From Planctomycetota bacterium (lineage in GTDB: Bacteria > Planctomycetota > MHYJ01 > JACPRB01), in assembly GCA_016190175.1 (NCBI GenBank), contig JACPRC010000202.1:11750-75749 (forward strand): a stretch of 64,000 bases of DNA, given 5' to 3'. Each line of letters begins with the position of its first letter. Position 1 is the stretch's first letter. The notes beneath the pieces are model-generated. The model searched no databases. It had not been told where the DNA came from and saw only the letters and a list, made by a program, of their open reading frames with translations. Below are positions 59,830 to 64,000 of the stretch, in pieces. The position numbers and the translations under genes were made by a program.

Positions 59830-61302
59830 ATGATTCTCCTGTTGGTCGCGCTGCTTCCGGCAAACGACGACGCCGTCTCCCGTTTCGCCGCGTGGCTCGA
59901 GGGCCTGACGCCCGACGAGTACGAGTTCGTCGAGGGGCGCGCGGTCAGGCAGGCCGGCGAGGCGGCCGCCGAGTTCGTCGATTCGGGCAAGGACCTCCTC
60001 GCCGCCGTGCGCGCCGCGTTTCGGACCGCGAGACGCCCGCACACGCAGGTCAACCTCGTGCGCCTCGCCTCCGTGATCGAGACGAAAGAGGCGTGGACGT
60101 TCGTCGCATCCAAGGCCGCCGACCGCAAGCTCGACACGAGCGTGCGCGTCGAGGCCGTGCGCGCGCTGGCGTCGGGCGGCTCGCCCGATTCCGCGCCGCT
60201 CCTGCGCACGTTCCTCGTGGACCCCTCGTGGCAGGTGCGCAAGAACGCCGCCTGCGGGCTCGCCCGCGAGGGCGGCCCCCAGGACGTCCGCATCCTGATC
60301 GCGAGCAAGGACCCCTTCCTGCGGTGGGGCGCCGCGCTCGGACTCGCGACCCGGAGCGGGCGCGCGTCCGACGACCTCGCCCCCCTTCTCCTGGAATGGT
60401 GCGTGCGCGAGACCGACCCGCAGGTGATCGCGTGGGTCCCCGCCGCGGCGCGGAACGTCGTCTCTGATCCGCGCTCGCTGGTCCATCCCTTCCTCAGCGC
60501 GCTCGCGCGGCGCGACACGGACGCCGAAAAGGCGTTCCACGTCCTCTCCGCCGCGTTCGACGTGGAGCCGTCCGTCGTCCTCGATGTCTTCGCGGCGTGC
60601 TACGAGAGAGGCACGAACGACGGGATCACGATCCCGACGGGCACCGTCCCTTGGGCGGCCGTGGCCGGGATCCTCGAACTCGCGGTCACGCCCGCGTGCG
60701 CCCGCGCGATCCGGTGCGTCCTCGACGACGACAGGCTCCTCGCGTGCGGCGCGACCCTGCCCGAGACCTCCGCGCCGAATTGGCTCCACGCGTCGCTGAA
60801 GTCGGCCGCCGCGCGCATCGTCGCGGTCCGCGGCAACGTCAAGGCGGCCGGGCTCCTCCGCCGGGAACTCGAAGACGGCGCTCCGGCGGGCCATGCCGCG
60901 GAAATCGTGGATCTCCTGCTCGCGCTCGTTCCCACCGCGGACTCGGCGGGCTTTCTCAAGGGGCTCGCCGCGGACGCCGCGCGTCCCGCGGAAGTCCGTA
61001 CGGCGGCGCTCGCCGGTTACGCCGCGGCGTCGCGCGAGGTGGGCCTCCCCGTCCTGACCGCGGCGTTGAAGGATCCGCGGGAGAAATTCCGGGAGCGCGC
61101 CGCGTCCCTCCTCGCGCTCTCGGCCTACTGCCTCGGCCGCGACGCCGAGGCCGTCCGCGCCCTCGAAGCCGCCCTCAAGACGGAATCCTCCGCTGAAACT
61201 CGGCGCGCGATCCAAAGATCCCTCGCGATGCTCCGTACGGTATCGAAGGAGGAGTCCGACCGCCGAGAGTACGCCGCCCGGTTCTTCGTGAAGCTGAGGT
61301 GA
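59830..61302 (+). CDS. HEAT/PBS-lyase-like repeat protein
   Basis: Repeated ...VRxxAxxALxxxGxxxAxxxL... units (for example DTSVRVEAVRALASGGSPDSAPLLRTFLVDPSWQVRKNAACGLAREGG) across the protein. Confidence 0.55.
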   Translation: MILLLVALLPANDDAVSRFAAWLEGLTPDEYEFVEGRAVRQAGEAAAEFVDSGKDLLAAVRAAFRTARRPHTQVNLVRLASVIETKEAWTFVASKAADRKLDTSVRVEAVRALASGGSPDSAPLLRTFLVDPSWQVRKNAACGLAREGGPQDVRILIASKDPFLRWGAALGLATRSGRASDDLAPLLLEWCVRETDPQVIAWVPAAARNVVSDPRSLVHPFLSALARRDTDAEKAFHVLSAAFDVEPSVVLDVFAACYERGTNDGITIPTGTVPWAAVAGILELAVTPACARAIRCVLDDDRLLACGATLPETSAPNWLHASLKSAAARIVAVRGNVKAAGLLRRELEDGAPAGHAAEIVDLLLALVPTADSAGFLKGLAADAARPAEVRTAALAGYAAASREVGLPVLTAALKDPREKFRERAASLLALSAYCLGRDAEAVRALEAALKTESSAETRRAIQRSLAMLRTVSKEESDRREYAARFFVKLR

Positions 61303-61306
61303 TCCG

Positions 61307-62638
61307 GTGAACACCGTTCTCGCGTGGTTCGTCGTCGCCTTCCTTGCGCCGGCCGACGACACGGCCGAGCGGCAGAGGGCGCTCCTCAAGAAGGCCCTGG
61401 AGAAGGCGGCCGAAAAGAACGCGAACCTCAAGGCGATGGAAGGAGACTTCGACAAGCTCATCGACCTCCTCGAGCCGCTCGCCAAGGGCGCCGACGGCCT
61501 CGACGACCTCAAGAAGGACCTCCTGAAGAACCCGGCGTACTGCGGCGATTTCAAGGAGAAACTCAAGAAGCTCCTGCCCAATCTCGACGCCCTCAAGGGC
61601 CTCGTCAACGCGCTTACGTCGGCGCTCGAGGAGATGACGCCCGAAGAGGCGGACAAGCCGGCGCACCAGGCGCTGCTGGACAAGTTCAAGTCGCTCCGGG
61701 ACGCGCTCGACACGTCGAAGCTCAAGATCAAGGAGAAGATCAAGCAGGCCGCCAAGCTGAAGCTCTACTGGATGGTCTTCTCCGGCATGCTGGACGACCT
61801 CTGCAAGGGGCTCCGCGTCGAGCCTCCCGCCGGCGGGCCGCCCGTGGCGCCCCCGAAGTCTCCCGACGCGAAGAACGAAGAGATGGGACAGCTCCCCCGG
61901 CGCAAGGTCGAGGACGGATTCAGGACCCTGCGCGATGCGCTGGCCAAGCAGGCCACGGATCTCACGCAAGGCCGCCTCGCCCCGATCGGACCCGGCACGG
62001 TCACGATCCCGCCGGGAAAGACCGCGGTCATCCGACTCGACGGCGCGATGTGCCTGCAGCCGGACGTCCCGCTGAAGAACGGCGAGTACGCGCTCCGCGG
62101 AGCGCCCTACTACCGCGCGAAGATCGTGGAACGCGGCGATGTCGGAAAGCCGGAGATTCACATCGCCAATCCCGGGGCCGATGCGATCCAGTTCCGAGGG
62201 AGCGACAAGCCGCACCTGATCGCGCCCGGAAAGGACGGCTTCGAGTTCGTCCCGCTGGAGAAGGTGGTCCCGGACCCCTCCATCCGACAGTTCACCGACC
62301 TTGCCGCGATGCGCGTGGAGCAGATCGTCCTCACCGATCCCGTGATGAGCCGCAATCCGGAGTACTTCCGCGCACTCATCAACCAGGCCATCCTCACGGC
62401 GAAGACCTACGCGCTCCCGAAGGACAAGCTGCAGGAGTATGTCCGCGCCCAGGTCGCGCTCCAGATCCCCAAGGAGACGAAGGACGCCGACAAGCTCGTC
62501 CAGAGGATCACCGCGATCGTCGTGGAGGCGGTGGACGAGACCTGCAAGGACGTCGAGAACGACCGCTTCGATCCGGACACGCTCGATGCGGTGCGGACGT
62601 TCGTGCCGGGGCGGAAGGCGAGGGTGGAGGTCAAGTAG
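61307..62638 (+). CDS. Hypothetical secreted protein
   Basis: GTG start. Hydrophobic N-terminus MNTVLAWFVVAFLAPA. Lys/Leu-rich coiled-coil N-half. No recognisable domain. Confidence 0.45.
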   Translation: MNTVLAWFVVAFLAPADDTAERQRALLKKALEKAAEKNANLKAMEGDFDKLIDLLEPLAKGADGLDDLKKDLLKNPAYCGDFKEKLKKLLPNLDALKGLVNALTSALEEMTPEEADKPAHQALLDKFKSLRDALDTSKLKIKEKIKQAAKLKLYWMVFSGMLDDLCKGLRVEPPAGGPPVAPPKSPDAKNEEMGQLPRRKVEDGFRTLRDALAKQATDLTQGRLAPIGPGTVTIPPGKTAVIRLDGAMCLQPDVPLKNGEYALRGAPYYRAKIVERGDVGKPEIHIANPGADAIQFRGSDKPHLIAPGKDGFEFVPLEKVVPDPSIRQFTDLAAMRVEQIVLTDPVMSRNPEYFRALINQAILTAKTYALPKDKLQEYVRAQVALQIPKETKDADKLVQRITAIVVEAVDETCKDVENDRFDPDTLDAVRTFVPGRKARVEVK

Positions 62639-62647
62639 GGCCGCGAC

Positions 62648-62692
62648 GTTACGTTTCGTAACATGCCGCGTTACCATTCGTAACATGCCCGA
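62648..62692. promoter_or_regulatory. Two adjacent palindromic sites (GTTACG-ttt-CGTAAC and GTTAC-cattc-GTAAC), a candidate operator
   Basis: cgacGTTACGtttCGTAACatgccgcGTTACcattcGTAACatgcc. This is a direct repeat of a 19-bp unit, each unit internally palindromic, in a lower-GC intergenic region. Confidence 0.4.
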
Positions 62693-63029
62693 CCCCGCGC
62701 GTTGGAAATGCACCGCGAACCCGCGTGGCCCGCGCCTTGCTCTATCCCCTCCGACTGCGGAGGGCGAAACCGCACGGCGCGGTCGTGGATTGACACTCCG
62801 TCGGTCGCCTGATGAAGGTGATGAGGTTCGACTCCTCCGCCCTCCGCCGTCATTGATTCGAGACGCGGATGTGCTATCCTATGGTCGAGTGTCATTCCGC
62901 GCGCAGCTTGACGCTGCGTTCGCCCCGGGCTCCGATCTGCGTCGGAGCCCGCTTTGTATCCGAGACCGCCGCCCGGCGACCGCGCCCACGTCTTGACGGG
63001 AACCCCCGGTGAGGGAGCGGGCGCGATCG

Positions 63030-63860
63030 CTACTTCCCGCGCAGGCGCTCCAGCTCGCGGTTGAGCTGCCGCTGCGCTTCGAGCATCCGCCGGACCGTGC
63101 GGACGACCTCCTGGTAGCCGGCCCACTTCTCGACCGTCCTGCGCGCCAGCAGAATGCGCGAGATCGACGTGCTCATGGCGTCGAGCGCGGCGCGGAGCCT
63201 CTTCGACCGGCCGGCCCTCCCCTCCGCGGACGCGGCGTCCCCGAGCGCCCGCATGGCCGCCGGCGCGGGGCCGAGCCGTCTGCGGTCTCCGACGAGCTCG
63301 TCGAGCATCCGCAAGGCGGCGCGGAGATCCGCCCCCGCTTCCTCGCTGAAGAGGCGGTTGGAGATCCCACGCCGCTGCGCGCGGGCGAGGTCGTCCCGTA
63401 CCGCCACCAGATTGTCGGCGATCTCTCCTTGCTCGATCCGCAGGCTGCGCAGGCGGGAGCGCTGGTCGGCGCTCAGCTCCTCGGCAGCGGCGAAGTCCCG
63501 CTCCAGGCGGCCGGCCAGCGCGTAGGCATGCTCCTGTTTCTTGGCAAGTTGGTCGAGGCTCCGGAGGACGCGCTCGATCTCGTCCTTCAGCGCGGCCTCG
63601 ATGCGGGAGAGCGAGAGGAGCGCGATGCGCACCGTCCGCGAGATCGCAACGTTCCGTCCGCCGACGTCCTTCCGGTCCGCGGCACGGAAACGCACCTCGA
63701 TCTCGTCTCCCGCGCGGAGCCCGAGGGCGCGCGGATCCAGGATCCAGGCGACCAGCACGCTGCGCGCGCCGATTTCCCCTTTCACGATCATCGAGGGCGT
63801 GACGGGGGCCGACCGCCATTCGCCGCCCCCGGTCCGGCGCTCGATGGCGACTTCGGACAC
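63030..63860 (-). CDS. Hypothetical protein (coiled-coil/Arg-rich)
   Basis: 276-aa ORF MSEVAIERRTGGGEWRSAPVTPSMIVKGE... with no recognisable domain. A further minus-strand gene probably continues beyond 63864 to the window edge. Confidence 0.45.
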   Translation of the reverse strand: MSEVAIERRTGGGEWRSAPVTPSMIVKGEIGARSVLVAWILDPRALGLRAGDEIEVRFRAADRKDVGGRNVAISRTVRIALLSLSRIEAALKDEIERVLRSLDQLAKKQEHAYALAGRLERDFAAAEELSADQRSRLRSLRIEQGEIADNLVAVRDDLARAQRRGISNRLFSEEAGADLRAALRMLDELVGDRRRLGPAPAAMRALGDAASAEGRAGRSKRLRAALDAMSTSISRILLARRTVEKWAGYQEVVRTVRRMLEAQRQLNRELERLRGK

Positions 63861-64000
63861 GCCGTGGTCGTCCTCGACCTCGGCGAGGAACGGCCGGATC
63901 CCGGACTCGGCGAGATCCTCGCTCTCCCCCGGGGGATCCCAGATGCGAAGCGCGGGCGCCGCATCCGCCTCACCCGCGATCGCGAAGCGGAGCGGTTCGC

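Noticed and set aside
58401-61755. ORFs 58401..60518 (-) and 59803..61755 (-)
   Set aside because: Antisense to the outer-membrane-like and HEAT-repeat genes. Low-complexity.

Overview
High-GC (~68-70%) bacterial chromosomal segment, taxon not determinable from sequence alone (exosortase/PEP-CTERM targets and multiple Ser/Thr kinases would fit PVC-group or Acidobacteria-like lineages). Coding is dense on both strands. I support about 50 genes, the main groups being:
- Windows start: the 3' end of a sigma-54 activator, a lipoprotein HEXXH zinc peptidase, and a secreted Asp-box β-propeller fused to a PHP-like phosphoesterase.
- 5-11 kb: a class-V aminotransferase, then two convergent Ser/Thr kinases; the first carries a TPR tail and is broken by a -1 frameshift in a G9 run.
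- 11.3-16.7 kb: a tightly coupled operon of a 2-oxoacid:ferredoxin oxidoreductase (alpha, then beta with a fused gamma-like domain), two tandem paralogous membrane-anchored Cys-containing HEAT-tail proteins, and a radical-SAM/SPASM enzyme. This is my best candidate for a novel protein-modification system.
- 16.7-19 kb: a HicBA toxin-antitoxin pair, a NapH/MauN-like polyferredoxin and a hypothetical secreted protein, followed by a 21-bp tandem array.
- 19.3-29.4 kb, minus strand: a pseudopilus/type-IV-pilus-like operon (FHA protein, PilM/N fusion, PilO-like, a large TPR protein, two prepilin-type pseudopilins). Every gene junction in it carries a hairpin built from tandem heptanucleotide repeats, and one junction holds a four-helix-bundle gene (TIGR02436-like, the 23S-rRNA-intervening-sequence protein family) bracketed by inverted heptamer arrays.
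- 29.9-32.4 kb: rny and a YmdB-family phosphoesterase.
- 33-42 kb: a third TPR Ser/Thr kinase, then an exopolysaccharide locus (FecR-like, Wza-like, Wzc-like tyrosine kinase, an exosortase-like membrane protein).
- 43-49 kb: an accessory/defence islet (Gly/Tyr-repeat secreted protein, MntA/HepT, a second nucleotidyltransferase pair, a Uma2 endonuclease).
- 49.3-57.6 kb: a 2779-aa secreted β-helix/β-propeller protein ending in a PEP-CTERM sorting signal.
- 57.6 kb to end: a truncated kinase paralog, a probable outer-membrane protein and HEAT-repeat and hypothetical proteins.
Repeat families include REP-like GCTGAT/CAGCC elements at convergent gene ends, the heptamer hairpins and several palindromic operator-like sites. 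Hand-indexed coordinates may be off by 1-2 nt; gene starts are taken from the ORF track by codon arithmetic.
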